A model generated the notes under the pieces. It did not search any database. It saw only the letters and a program-made list of their open reading frames with translations, and was not told the origin of the DNA. DNA of 64,000 nt from Mobula hypostoma (lineage: Eukaryota): positions 194,806,001 through 194,870,000 of the forward strand of contig NC_086097.1 of the NCBI RefSeq assembly GCF_963921235.1, read 5' to 3'. A program made the translations under genes and the position numbers. How positions within the stretch are numbered: position 1 is the stretch's first letter; every line of letters begins with the position of its first letter. Of this stretch, positions 50,753-63,909 are shown in pieces.

Positions 50753-53143
50753 GATAAGAACATAAGAACATCAGAAATAGGAGCAGGAATAGGCCATCTG
50801 GCCCATCAAGCCTGACCCACCATTCAATAAGATCATGGCTGATCTGTCCGTAAACTCAGCTTCATCTATCTGCCTTTTCCCCATAATCCTTAATTCCCTT
50901 ACTATGTAAAAATTTATCTCACTGTGCCTTAAATATATTTAGCGAAGAAGCCTCAACTGCTTCCCTAGGCAGAGAATTCCACAGATTTACCACTCTCTAG
51001 GAAAAAAGTTTCTCCTCATCTCCATCCTAAATCTTCTCTCCTGAATCTTAAGGCAATGTCCCCTAGTTCTAGTCTCACCTAGTTTTCTACTTCTATCTTA
51101 TCCATCCCTTTCAAAATTTTGTATGTTTCTGAAAGATCCCCTCTCATTCTTCTGAATTCCAGAGAGTACAGTCCTAGTTGACTCAATCACTCCTCATAAG
51201 TTAGCCCCTTCATCTCTGGAATCAAACTGTTGAACTTCCTCTGCACTGCCTCCAAAGCCAGTATATCCTTTCTCAAGTACGGAGACCAGAACTGCACACA
51301 GTACTCCAGGTGTGGCCTCACCAGTACCCTGTATAGTTGCAGCATGACCTCCCTGCTCTTGAATTCAATCCCTCCAGCAATCATCATCATCATCATCATC
51401 ATCATCAGGTGCCGTGCACAGTTTGAACTTTGACTGCTATGGCCCACACATTCCTGTTTTGGGTCAAGTGGATCAATTCATTGGTATTAATTTTCAGTTC
51501 TCTGGCCGCTGTCTCCATCATCATTCGTCTTTGTCCTCCTCTTGCTTTCTTCCCTTCAATCTTTCCCATAATTACCATGCATTCTAACTCTTCTTTCCTA
51601 ATCACATGCCCAATGAAATTATGTTGCCCTTTCCTGATCTCACACATTATTTCTCTTTTTGTGTTTGCTCTGTTCATGACATCCTCATTAGATATTCATT
51701 TTGTCCATGATATTCTTTGCATCCTCCTCAAAAACCACATCTCTGCTGCTTCAATTTGTTTCCTCATGTTACTAGATATTGTCCAACATTCTGAGCCATA
51801 TATCACAACTGGATAAGCAACACATTTCAGTACTCTGAGGCGGGTTGTCATGCCTAGTTTAGTATTGGTCCGTATACTCTTTATTCTCGTAGAGGTGTCT
51901 TTTGCCATCCCTATTCTTCTCTTGATGTCCATGTCGCACCTGCCATCTGATCTCACCCAGCTTCCTAAGTAGCAAAAGTTCTGTACTTGTTTTATGTCTT
52001 CCCCATTTATTCTCAGCCTGCAGATAGGATTCTCCTTCTTTTTGGATATCACCATACATTCTGTCTTTTTGCAATTGATAGATAGACCCATTTTTGCACT
52101 TTCTTCAGCAAGTATATCAATTAAGTTTTGTAGTTCTTCCTCTGTACTTGCAATTAACACAGTGTCATCTGCATATCTGAAATTATTGATGTTTTCACCA
52201 CCAGTTTTGATTCTCAAGATGTCTCTTATTTTTTGTAATATTGTTTCACTGTACACATTTAATAAATCAGGGGAGAAAACACACCCTTGTCTAACGCCTC
52301 TCTTGATTTTCGTAAACTGACTCACTTCTCCATCTATTGTTACAGCGGCAGTTTGTTCCCAGTACAGGTTTCTGATTAGGCGGAGGTCTTTTGAATCTAG
52401 ATCTAGAGTTTTCTGTAATATTTCAAATAACTTATTGTCCTTCACTTTATCAAATGCTTTTGTGTAGTCGATAAAACAAACAAATCTTTTTGCACTTGAA
52501 TAGCTCGTTCTGATAGCATCATCTAGCAATAAATGTCAACATTCTGTTTGCCTTCCTAATAACCTGTTGTACCTGCAAACCAACTTTCTGTGATTCATAA
52601 ACAAGCACTCCCAAGTCCCTCTGCACAACAGCATGCTGCAATCTGACACCATTTAAATAATAATCTGCTCTTCTATTATTCCTTCCAAAGTGAATGATCT
52701 CGCATTTACCAACATTGTATTCCATCTGCCAGACCTAGGTCCACTCACTTAATCTATCTACATCCTTCTGTAGACTCTCCACGTTCTCTATACAATTTGC
52801 TTTTCCACTCAGTTTAGTATCATCAGCAAATTTTACTATGCTACACTCAGTTCCCTCTTCCAAATCATCAATGTAAATAGTAAACAGCTGTGGGCTCAGC
52901 ACTGACCCTGCGGCACCCCACACACCACTGACTGCCAACCAGAGAAACACCCATTTATACCAACTCTCTGTCTTCTTTTGGTTAACCAATCCACTATCCA
53001 TGACAATACACTTCCTCCAACTCCATGCATCTATATCTTATTTATAAGTCTCTTGTCGAACGCCTTCTGGAAATCCAAGTATACAATATCCACCTGTTCC
53101 CCTCTATCCACTGCACTCATTATGTCCTCAAAGAACTCCAGTA
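50753..53143 (-). mobile_element. CR1 3' half, interrupted by RTE
   Basis: GSVLSPQLFTIYIDDL..KFADDTK (52735-53001); GIEFKSREVMLQLY (51187-51447); (TTCTTATG)n tail. Confidence 0.9.
51382..52521 (-). mobile_element. RTE-clade LINE, 5'-truncated (RT and C-terminus)
   Basis: FIDYTKAFDKV, GVRQGCVFSP, RYADD, YGSECWT; (TGA)n tail; TSD TC(C/T)AGCAAT (51373-51381 / 52522-52530). Confidence 0.92.
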
Positions 53144-55059
53144 ATGGACGTGGGATGTGCTGACAGGGGCTTGAGTTGGACTCAAACAGGTAGACATGTA
53201 CGCTGGCCCCACACTTGGAGCAACTTTAGAGACCAATCATTCCGTGTGGTGTGTCGTGATAGCCAGAGAAGGCCAAGTACCAGTGGCAGTTCAGGCGAAT
53301 CCACCTGAGAGAAGGAGAGCTGTCCATTATGGTTGCCTTATAGCACAAGTCAGAGGGTTTCTGTGGAAAGCTGGATCTTGCTGGTGCCCAGAGTCAAACA
53401 TCCAGGGCCTTGACGTTGATATTCTTTCTCAATTGCTGAGTCAGAACTCTCTATCTTTGAGTCAGAGAGCTATCCATGAGGTTCCTGGCTGTCCCAGAGA
53501 TGATAAATGCCTGAAGCCTATGGGCCTGAGACCTCCATGCCAAGGAAGCTGGGTGCATTACACAATTAAGGGAAGATGCATGCAGGGAGAACAAACCTGT
53601 CTGAACTCACAGTCCTGCTCATGGTTATGCCTTTTACTGGGCACTTGGACATGAAGAGTGGAAGTGTCCTGGTTCACCAGATTAGAGGCAGGAACCTGCT
53701 TTCTTGTGCTGATCTTGTTCCTGCTGAGATAAGTGCATGTGCCCACCCGCACAGCCTCCTCTGCAGACTGTACTGGGTGATGTGGGAGAGGGTGCAGACA
53801 AACAGTGATCTATGCAGTAAGAAGCTCGGGATATTCTTTCTCTGCAGCATTTACTTGTCCAGCTGTCAATTTGAAGAGCACGATTAATCAAGTCTTCCAG
53901 GCTGTCTGCTTGTCACACACTATAATCTTACATCAGACCCCATTGGAAGGCAGTGATGAGGGATCTCTTATTCCACCCCATCTCCACCGCAAGAGTGTGG
54001 AACTTTCCTGTGTAGTCCCTCACTGTCCCTCTACTTTGGCGTGGGTCTAGCAGTGGTGGTCAATCTCCTGACTCCATAACTGGAAGGTTTAAATCTCTTA
54101 AACTCAATAACAAATTTCCAGAATGACTGGGCTGTGGGGGAAGATTTTCCCAAAGAGCATTGAACAGACAGAGTGTGGGTCCCTCTAAGAAAATCATCCT
54201 GTGCCCCAGTTTATGTACATCATCACGTGACTGACAAGACTGAGCTTGGAAAGTCAGCTCACACTGGGTAATAAAATTTCCACAGTTACTGGAGTCACCA
54301 GAGCATCTGCCAGGAGGAAGAACACTTGGCTCTGGTCCCGACACTCTTATGGGAGATGGGGCTTTAGTGGTCAAAATTGATGAGGCTGTTGAAGAAGAGG
54401 ATCTGGGAGATGCTGGGAGGGGGATTGACATGGCTAAAGGCTGCCGGATTGTGGCAATGAGAGTGGTAATAACTGTCACTTGATTCTGGCTGTCTGCGGT
54501 GAGTTGCTAAACTGTCACTGCTTGGACTGGGCTTGCGACTCAGAAAGTCGCTGTCACGATGCACGAGAAAGTCAGCCAACCTAGCCTCTACTAAGTTTAG
54601 TTTCTCTTCCACAAACTTCGGCCTGCATTGGGCTTGTCATTCTGCAAGTATCTGTCACTTTTCCCAATGCAATTTCAACAGACTGTAACTTATCTCCTAT
54701 CTGGCCAGTGAATGACACTTGATAATATATTCTGGGATTACAATTAATCTGCACCCTTTGACTGAATTGTAAGCAGCACTCTATCTTATGCTTGTTGATT
54801 GGCAATGTTCTTTCAGGGAGCCAATGCTGAATGCTCTGTTCATCGGCTGTATGGGTTTATATTGGGATCTTCTTGGAATAACTTTACCACTGGCCATTGC
54901 AGTTTAATGTTAGCCTGTAGTTCTTAAAGGGAAGGTACATTGTGAATGGGATTTGTGTAAGAAAAAAATCTGACCTGGGAAACTAAAGATTGCTGAAGAC
55001 ATGTATGGAAGTGAGTTGTGAAGTTTCCTGCTATAATGGCCTTTGTGAAAGAAAGGATC

Positions 55060-55850
55060 ATTTCCACAGGGTCCAAGAAGTCTTCCAGACTTGTACAGAG
55101 AACACTGTAGCAGCAGAGAGCCACGGGAATCTGATAAGGTTTAGAATCATATGCAGATAAATGGAAGTAGCTCAGATAGGCACCTTGTGTCAGCATGGAC
55201 AAGTTGTGCAGTAAGGCCTCTTTCTCTGCAGTTTAACTCTATGACTCTAATCTAACTTTAGTTCTACCTCTGTTATACGCTTTACTAATATCAAGACAAA
55301 AGAGCCTGCAGAGATTACTTTACATTGATATTCTGGATGAGTATTAGCATTACCTGATATTTACAGGGTTTTCTAGGTCTGGTCTTTCTTGCATTGTGAC
55401 TGGGCAAATATCATACAGGATGCTGTGAAACAATAGATCTTATGCATGCTAGAGCGATGGAAGTTGGATGTCATATAAGGTCTTGCTATGGATGTTGTGG
55501 AAGCCTTACAACCTCATAAAGTCATAGAGTTATAGAAGACTACAGCCCTTTCCCCATCTAGTCCCTGCTAAGCAATTAAAACTGTCTAGTCCCATTGGTT
55601 TGCATCGGGACCATAGCTCTCAATATCCCTCTCTATCCATGTACCTATCTAAACAAAATCAAAATCACACCCACCACTTGCATTGGAGATCATTCCACAC
55701 TCTCACTCCTCTCTGAGTAAAAGAAGGCTCCCCTTAAATGAATCACCTTTCACCCTAACCCATGATCTCTAGTTCCTACCCCCCCCCCCCCAAGACTCTG
55801 TGGAGAAACTCCTCCAGACCCAGCAACACTTTTCAAATGCTTCCTTCATC
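55060..55850. mobile_element. Two CR1 3'-end fragments (+ ~55060-55250; - ~55520-55850)
   Basis: CTCTATGACTCT tails in opposite orientations. Confidence 0.65.
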
Positions 55851-56285
55851 TTCTGGAACTGAGTAATACCATAATTAGTCTTTTCAGGGAGTCTTTTACA
55901 GAAGTGTTCCTGCTATCTTGTTGGTTTCATGGCTTCGTTAGACAGTACAGTACTACAAATAAGACTCATGGAGTGACACTGATCTGACAGGAACAGAATA
56001 AAACCATACTCCCAGTATATAACATTGTATTAATGCACTCTCTGTAGTTTCTGTTTCTTAGTAGGATTAGAATTCAAGGCTGCACTGCCTTCAGACTCAT
56101 AGAGATCATGCCATACGTATTTATTCATCAGTAATGGGGCTAAATTAAAATAAAAAATTAACACAATCTGGATATTGACGACGGCAGCAAGTTGATACGG
56201 ATGGAGTGATGGCAATGGCATGCAAAGGAACAGCGAGGCGAAGATGAAGACGATCACAAGTGAAAATTAGATTGACAAGGATTCA

Positions 56286-56330
56286 CATAAAAGTTGCTTG
56301 AATTTCCAGCATCTGCAGAATTCCTGTCGT
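56286..56330 (+). mobile_element. 45-bp Penelope 3'-terminal micro-insertion
   Basis: 14-bp TSD TTGACAAGGATTCA (56272-56285 / 56331-56344). Confidence 0.85.
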
Positions 56331-56794
56331 TTGACAAGGATTCAGGTTGGAATCTGAACGTTAATCAGGATAGAGCTGTTCTATTCCAGTTAGCACGATT
56401 GGCCAATCATGTAAGTTCTCATAATTCCCATAGATAATTCATGACTGCACATATGAAGCTAAGATTGCTTGAACACCTCGAGAGGAATTCTTGGGATTGG
56501 CAGGTTCACTGATTGGCTCTATTTCACCGTTTGGTTGTGTCCAACGCTGTATCATCATGCGTCCTGTTTTTCGTAGGTCTGTAGAGAAAGCTGGGAGTGT
56601 GTACTTAACTTACCAACTGTTAAATTGCATGAACTTGTTCCATACTGCAAGTCAAAGGATCCCTGGTTACTAATTTATGCATCCCGAATAATGTCTGTTT
56701 GGTTGGTAAGGTCGGATGAGATTGCGGAGTTTCAAATTCATTGTGACAATGAGTGCTCGCCGTCTGCAGAACTGCAGTTCTTCTCATGTTCCAA

Positions 56795-56925
56795 TGCAGA
56801 AGGTGCGACACCCCTGCTGTCAAAAGTCACCGCTATTATGGACTTTACACTGCCCCGCACTACCAAAGCACTGCATGAGTGTTTAGGTATGGTACATTTT
56901 TATCACTGTTTCATTCCACGAGATG
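56795..56925 (+). mobile_element. Gypsy RT C-terminal remnant
   Basis: KVTAIMDFTLPRTTKALHECLGMVHFYHCFIP. Confidence 0.6.
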
Positions 56926-57384
56926 CTTAATATCTCTCTGGTGCTTCCTGCTCACTTCCCCCTCCCTTCCCATTTTATCAACCATGATTTCCCTCTCTCC
57001 GCCTCCTTCCAACTGTCAGACTACAAAAGAGACCCATAAGAGAATCAGGTTTATTATCACCCACATATATCATGAAATTTGCTTATTTTTGCTGCAGCAG
57101 TACAGTACAAAACAATACATAAAGTTATTTACATACTGTACAAAAGTCTTAGGCACCCTAGCTGTACATATGTACCCAAGATTTTTGCATAGTACACTAT
57201 GTTTTCATATTCCATTTTATTTATTTAAGTAATCTAGAATGCAGCAATTATGTTCAATCTGTAGACAAATGCTTAGACTGTACTTGTGATTTCTGGGTCA
57301 TTTATCAACCATCAGAAAATTGATCTGAACACTTTTGAATATGACTTCCCATAGCAAGGGGCTGGCATCAGTCAGCAATGCGTC

Positions 57385-58105
57385 ACATGCTACTTCTGGT
57401 AAGATCACGGTGCGCTCGGATGCAGTGGCTTCTACACTGTCAACCATAGTTGTTATTGTCTTTTTTAAACATTTTTTTTGCAATTGCAAGACCCTGCTGG
57501 ACATTAAATCTTAAAGTACTGCAGTTCTACTCCATCATTGAGTTGCTTGTTGGTGGAGAAACTGAAGCTGGACTTAGTGTGGACCATGATGCACCCTGTG
57601 ACAGAGGTGTTGGTGGGTAGCCTTACAGCAGGCGATCATCTTACTCACTTCTCTTGTGATTGTAGCACCTGGTTGGACATTGGTAGTGTGGAATGCTGCA
57701 AGTCCTGTTTATTGCTTCATTGGCGAATGGCTGCAGTGGACGGTGGGGAAGCTGCATGCCCTCGGTCATAGAGACAACGAGCCCCAAGCTGTGATGTCGG
57801 CTGTTTGCGGCTTCCCGGAGGGACATGTTGGTGTCCATACTGGAGTTGGTGCCCACCCACCCCCAGTGTTGGCTAGGTAAAAGACAAGCTGTATTGTGTT
57901 CAACTGCAGACAGCTGTAACATTCATCGTCTTAGGGACTTGGACTATTTTTTTGTGTGTGACTGTATTTTACTGCTATCTTATATGTGCTGTACTGTATG
58001 TGCCTTATACTGTGTATGACTGTGGTGCTGCGTTTTGCACCTTGGACCCGGAGTAACACTGTCTCATGGGTATTAATTTATTACTGAATGACAATTAAAC
58101 TTTGA
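57385..58105 (+). mobile_element. Non-autonomous non-LTR element (family uncertain); 3' end repeated at ~60230-60385
   Basis: Shared 3' block TTTTGCACCTTGG..GAGTAA..TGAATGACAATTAAAC..TGAAC. Confidence 0.55.
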
Positions 58106-58120
58106 ACATACAGTATATTC

Positions 58121-58658
58121 GCAAATATGAGGAAATCTGCAGATGCTGGAAATTCAAGCAACACACACAAAATGCTGGGGGAATGCAGCAGGCCAGGCAG
58201 CAGCTATAAGAAGAAGTACAGTCGATGTTTCAGGCCAAGACCCTTTGTCAGGACTAACTGAAAGAAGACATAGTAAGAGATTTGAAAGTGGGAGGGGGAT
58301 GGGGAGATCCGAAATGATAGGAGAAGACAGGAGGGGGAGGGATGAAGCTAAGAGCTGGAATGTTGATTGGCAAAAGGGATACGAGGCTGGAGAAGGGAGA
58401 GGATCATGGGACGGGAGGCCTAGGGAGAAAAAAAGGAGGAGGGGAGCGCCAGAGGAAGATGGAGAACAGGCAAGGTGTGATTGTGAGAGGGATAGAGAGA
58501 GAAAAAAAGAGAGAGATGGGGGGGATAATAAATAAATAAATGGATCAGGGATGGGAGAAGAAGGGAGGAGAAGCATTAATGGAAGTTAGAGAAGTCAATG
58601 TGCATGCCATCAGGTTGGAGGCTACCCAGACAGAACGTAAGACGGAATACCCAGACGT
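58121..58658 (-). mobile_element. Penelope 3' fragment
   Basis: 15-bp TSD ACATACAGTATATTC (58106-58120 / 58659-58673); mutated hammerhead motif at ~58219-58256. Confidence 0.9.
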
Positions 58659-59758
58659 ACATACAGTATATTCTTTGCTACAGGCAGTAATTGAAGATTC
58701 TGGGAGAAACCTGTGACCTTTGCTGTTAAGTCACAATAAAACAGCACATACCCAGAATTAAATAGAAAGTAATAAAAATGTGCCCAGCAACATCAATGTC
58801 TTGAACACAGTGCTTCAGAGGCTCACTTTAGGGTGATAATTCGCTAGAGCTCTTTTCACTGATTACAGCCATTTAAAAAAGCTTGTCAGCAGCACACCGC
58901 CTTTTGATCAACTCACAATTTATAGTGGCTCAGGCCACTCTTGGCACCAGGGCTGATTGGACTATATTTCCATGTGGGAAATATTCAGACCCTGGGAGAA
59001 TGCTGGGGCTCCACACTCCATGTTTACTTTGACTTTTATGACAATCTTTTCTAATACTGAATGATGCTGCAGTAAAAAAAATTGCAAAATTATGACTTGC
59101 TTCTCAGTACAGCAATAACATGGCAGTTACAAGTTCTGCATGGAGGTCCCAATGGAAATAGCTGCGGTCCTAATTTAGCTCATGAATTTGTGTGGCAAAT
59201 ACGTTGATGCAATATTTACAATTTTTTTCAGAAACTATAGATCATACTAACTCTTTAAATAACACATTATATGCACCAAAAGCAGTGATCTCTAATTTCT
59301 AGCCATTAATATGAAATAAAGTTGATCTGCTTTGTGGAAGCTCCATTAGAGACATATATCTTCTGGCTGGTAACAGATTGAATAGGAATTACTTCTTACA
59401 TTGATTTAAACAACTGTATGACTGACAGTGCTACAGCAATTAGTCTATAATTTTACGTTGACATCTGATCTGGACTGTCTCACATTATTTTGTTAACAGT
59501 AACAATGTCATTAATACTAATGTAATAAACTATAGTATGAAACACTTAAGAGTCATCAATAACCACAGCCTAAAAGTAAATTTTAAACATAATTAAAATC
59601 TTAACAGCTTCAAGCTATTTGGCATTTTCTTACACTTAAACAATTCTTGTTGAATAATATCTTCACTTATTTTCTTTTTATGGTTGTTAGAAAATTAATT
59701 TCCAGAGAGAAATGATTTTCAGCAGCATCAGGTGAAGTTTACAAAAGAAAAACAGCAG

Positions 59759-59772
59759 AGGTCATGAGGTCA
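59759..59772 (+). promoter_or_regulatory. Candidate nuclear-receptor DR2 element
   Basis: AGGTCA-TG-AGGTCA, perfect match, in non-repetitive sequence. Confidence 0.3.
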
Positions 59773-62700
59773 TGTACCTACCCAAAGTTCTCGGTCCTCT
59801 TTCTAGCAGAGAACACTGAAGAGTGATGAGGTCAGGACCCTGGCTGAGTTTCTCATCCCTAGCCTACTGCTGCAAAATTGATCTTGTAGCCCATGGACCA
59901 CTGAAAAAATAAGTTATCTTCAAACAAGTATGGAAATGAACAATTAACTATCCACTTCTGATGTCTTTAAAGTATTTCTCTATCTTTGTTTAGATATTAA
60001 AATAATCTGTAAACTCAGAAAAGCTCGTAACTTAAAAGAAATGGTACTTCCAGCTGATTCACTAGTTGTTCTGAGGTCCCCTGGAATATCTTCTTCTTGT
60101 CAGCTGAAGGTGAGGGACCTGCTCCTAATCCTGAACTCTTATTTTGAAAACAGAAGTGTAAGGCATATTTATCTGAAGGTTAAAATATTTCGGATGCATA
60201 AAGAAATTGTTAGAATCTGGAGATAAAATTTTTATGTGTGACTGTACTTTACCGCTATCTTATATGTGCTATATATGCCTTGAGCTGTGTGTAACTTTAT
60301 TTTGCACCTTGGCCCCAGAGTAATGCCGTTTCTTTCAGCTGTATTCATGTATGGTTGAATGACAATTAAACCTGAACTTGACCTTATCTTGATGAGGAAT
60401 CCAGAGTGGCAATAATAAATAATTGTTAATTTTTTGCTATATTCTGTGTTTTCTTTTAATGTGGAATATGACAAATAAGAGCGAGCAATATTTACAGTAA
60501 TAACAGAATAAATCTGGTATCATAATTAGCAGAATCCAAGTCCATATCCTCAACATTAGAGTTATTCAAAAAGCAAGATCAGAAAACATCTCTCAATAAA
60601 GGCCTTATTCTCCTTCCAATCTGGTCATACCAGTCATGACTTGGTCTTTGATCCCTATCTCAATTCCATTGAAATGTGGTGTGAAATATTTAGAGAACTA
60701 CCTTCTGATGGTTCTTCTGCGCATCACTTGGAACTACAAACGTGTATATTATCAATCCTTCATCATCATTGGGTCTAAATCCTTAAACTCCCACCCCAAC
60801 AGTACTATGGCAAGAACTTTATCAGAAGCTTTGCAGGTTTAAATGAGGCAGTATAGCACACCATCATCCTCTCAAGAGCAATTATGTTCAGGCTGATTCA
60901 CCCCTAAATGTCCTTGTCGATATTGTCTAGATCCTGAAAATAAATAAATATTTTCTCCATTCTGGTGTAGGAATGTATGCTGCACCCACACTTCATCATT
61001 CAAAGCTTGAGGAAGAATGAAAAATGTCCAACAGTTTATTTGACAGGTAAAAGCAAGGAGAGAGAATTTCAATGACATCTGACATTTAATAATATAAAAG
61101 GAACCCAGACCTCAATGCAGACTTATTGAATTCTGCAAAGATGGTCTATATAAACACTGCATGCTATTTGTCAAGGCTAACCCACACTGTCCTTCACATT
61201 TAAGCTACTACAAAGGCAATATAGAAAAATGTGCCTTAAGTTGCACAGTTTGTGTTTGAGCTTGAGCTTGAGCTCAACACCACTTAACCATGTAAAGACT
61301 GAAATGCTTTACAATTGATGTGATCTCTCCCTAATGGAGACAGTGTGATGTTATGAAAGAGTAGTCTTGTCCTTATTAAACAAAAAGAGGACATTTCTAA
61401 ACAAACATTAAAAACAATGAATAAGGTACTGAATATTTTCATTGTAAAAATAAATAGCAGAGAATTAAACTTGTTTTTTAATGGTCCACAACTATTTTCT
61501 TTCTTCCTATGCTCTTCCAATTGAATTAAACTTTAATTCTGAGATTAGCTTTGAATATCAATAGATCCCAGAGAGTGCCCATAGTTGCCAGGTAACAGAC
61601 TATGCAGTCTCTCTAATGTCAAACTGGGTAATTTATTTTCCAAGAGTGTAAGTTGTTATAAAGGTCTGTGTCTTGAGACCTTTGGTTTTTGCCACAAATT
61701 ACCATACCTGCTTAATTTTGTTACTGAATGTTGTTGTCCTCTGATCTGTAATATTCCATACTAGATAAAAATACAGAATGTGGCAAACAAGGATTTAATA
61801 TTTATTTATTATATCCCTCTCATTTTCCATTGAAAATTTCTCCCCAAGACATATACGGTATCACTAACACCATTTCCTATCATAGAGTGCATTCATATAA
61901 TAACAATTAGCGTCTAATTTTATTATCCAAATTCTTTACAAAATTTATATCATGTGAAAATGATTTTTTTAAAAATCTTTTGTCTAATAATTTCTGTATA
62001 ATGACCATGTGGCCCATTGGATGAATGCCATCCCCCAAAGAAACAATTCTATTAATTCCATTACTCCATTCCCAATGTCCTTGTTTCTATAATCTTGCAA
62101 TTTATTCTTCTACCCAACATGCTCATTAATTCTCCTTTGATTCTTTTAATGCTTAACCATGCTTAAGGGTAATTCATAGCAGCCAATTAATCTAGTGTTA
62201 TGGCTTTGGGATGGAACAAGCTGGAGCATCATGAAGAAACATGTGGCCAGAGGGGGAAAAAAAAAATCACCAAGCTCTGCAGAGAAAGCACCCAAAATTC
62301 AGGATCATACCTTTACATACTCTCGAACAAATAACTTAGATCACTAAAGCAAAAAGTCCAAGGAGTTTTACTTGATTTCTAACCCCTCAATCATGGAACA
62401 GTTCCAATAATAAATGATGTACCCCAACAAGAAGTGAGATGTTTAATTGCTTCTTGAATTACTGTTGATGCCACCATAGGGCAGTTGGATCAATCATTCA
62501 CTAAAGTTCTGGAATTTAGCAGCAGTGAAAACTGGAAGGAACTCTTTTGCTCTCCCAAGTGCAAGAAAAAATAAATATTTAAAACAAACTGGTCACTCTT
62601 CATCCATTAGTCCATCAATGTTTTGGACACAACATTCCTTTGGACTTACAAAAGTACATTAAGGTTGACATAAGTGATAAGCCCAAATCCAAAAGAACTC

Positions 62701-62940
62701 ATCAAGCCAATTAGCAAACCACTTGACATACATTTGTATATTAATGGTGCCTGAGACTAAGGAAGAATGTGGCTACTATCAACAAACATTCTACAGACAT
62801 TAATAGACCTACAGTGTTTACCTTGTACAGATACTGCACATACACTAATAGACCCAACATGCTACAAGATCAGAAAGTGTTAAATTGTCATTTTGACCTT
62901 CCAGACATTCATCCAATCTTTAACAAAATTTAATATAACA

Positions 62941-63345
62941 CAAGGTACCAAGGTGAAGATACATCTCTACCAAAGGAGATGTAAGGCACTCCTTCCCTCC
63001 GCTAGCCTGCAGATCACCCTTGAGAAAGGTGTAGCACCTGCTTAGCCTCCTGATCAGGGTCATGTGAAGTCAATGAAGTAGGTGCTATGCCTTTCCTAAG
63101 GATGACCTGCAGGTCATATGAGCAGCTGGTGCATATCACATGTCCTGTTTATGCAACCACTGATGCCAGGCAGACAGCCTCTGGAGAGTGTTGATAATTG
63201 CTGGGGGTCACCTGTCTTGTAAGGACACTGCCCAGAAGAAGGCAATGGCAAACTAGCTCAGCAGAAACATTTGCCAAGAACAATCATGGTCATGGAAAGA
63301 CCATGATTGCCTATGGCATACTACACAGCACATAATGAATGAACA
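62941..63345 (+). mobile_element. RTE-derived short element (Bov-A-like 3' motif)
   Basis: TSD AATATAACA (62932-62940 / 63346-63354); GAAGAAGGCAATGGCAAAC..TTTGCCAAGA motif; (AATG)n tail. Confidence 0.7.
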
Positions 63346-63414
63346 AATATAACAAAGTGTATCTAGGGAAAGAAAAAGAATTACTGTATAAATAATATTT
63401 TTAATCTATGTTTA

Positions 63415-63909
63415 TACAACAACAATGGAGCAAGGATCCAATCGCAGACCCAGTACTGTGCACACAGTGATATTAATTGTGTAACAAATCCCAAGGTGCA
63501 AACAAAATCGGTGTCAAGTTTAGGCAGAGATCAAAAACATCCAGAGAAATCCAAGAAAACAGAATTGGGAAACAGGCAAAATCAGTATTCAGACATACAG
63601 AGTACAGATACAAATGCTGGAAAAGCTCAGGAAAATTCACTGGCACAATCTAACAACAAACAGGTGAAAACACAGGACTGAAATACACTGAGTAATAAAC
63701 AGAGAGGCAGATGATAGGTGGAGCACAATGAGACACAGGTGGCAGCAATACAGGTAATAATGAGAAACAGGTAAGAGATAGAGTACTCTGTAATACAGGG
63801 GCTGGAGTAGAGCAGGAGTGGGAACAGGAGCACATGGCAATACAAAACCACAGACTGACAGCTAGGGGAAAACACACAAAAAGACAAAGTTCAACTGCAG
63901 GTACTGACA
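63415..63909 (-). mobile_element. Solo LTR (495 bp), Gypsy-like
   Basis: Minus strand begins TGTCAGTACC; 5-bp TSD GTTTA (63410-63414 / 63910-63914); U5-like TCTGCGATTGGATCC. Confidence 0.75.

Larger units (their letters stand above)
43670..54660 (-). mobile_element. Decayed chromoviral Gypsy element (gag-pro-RT-RH-IN-chromodomain-PPT-3' LTR) split by two CR1 insertions
   Basis: gag PEPSVLPPGRCSGDSSNCGNFITQC (54060-54479); RT LRPCIDYQPLN (46376-46560); IN AVVDQFSKTAHF, YRLQLPSSMKIHPKFH; chromodomain YLKDWVGYGPEERSWV; PPT then TGTCACAACC at 43968. No matching 5' LTR found. Confidence 0.85.

Noticed and set aside
54654..54900. 5' LTR of the chromoviral Gypsy element
   Set aside because: A TGACA end is present on the minus strand, but the sequence does not match the 3' LTR that begins at 43968.
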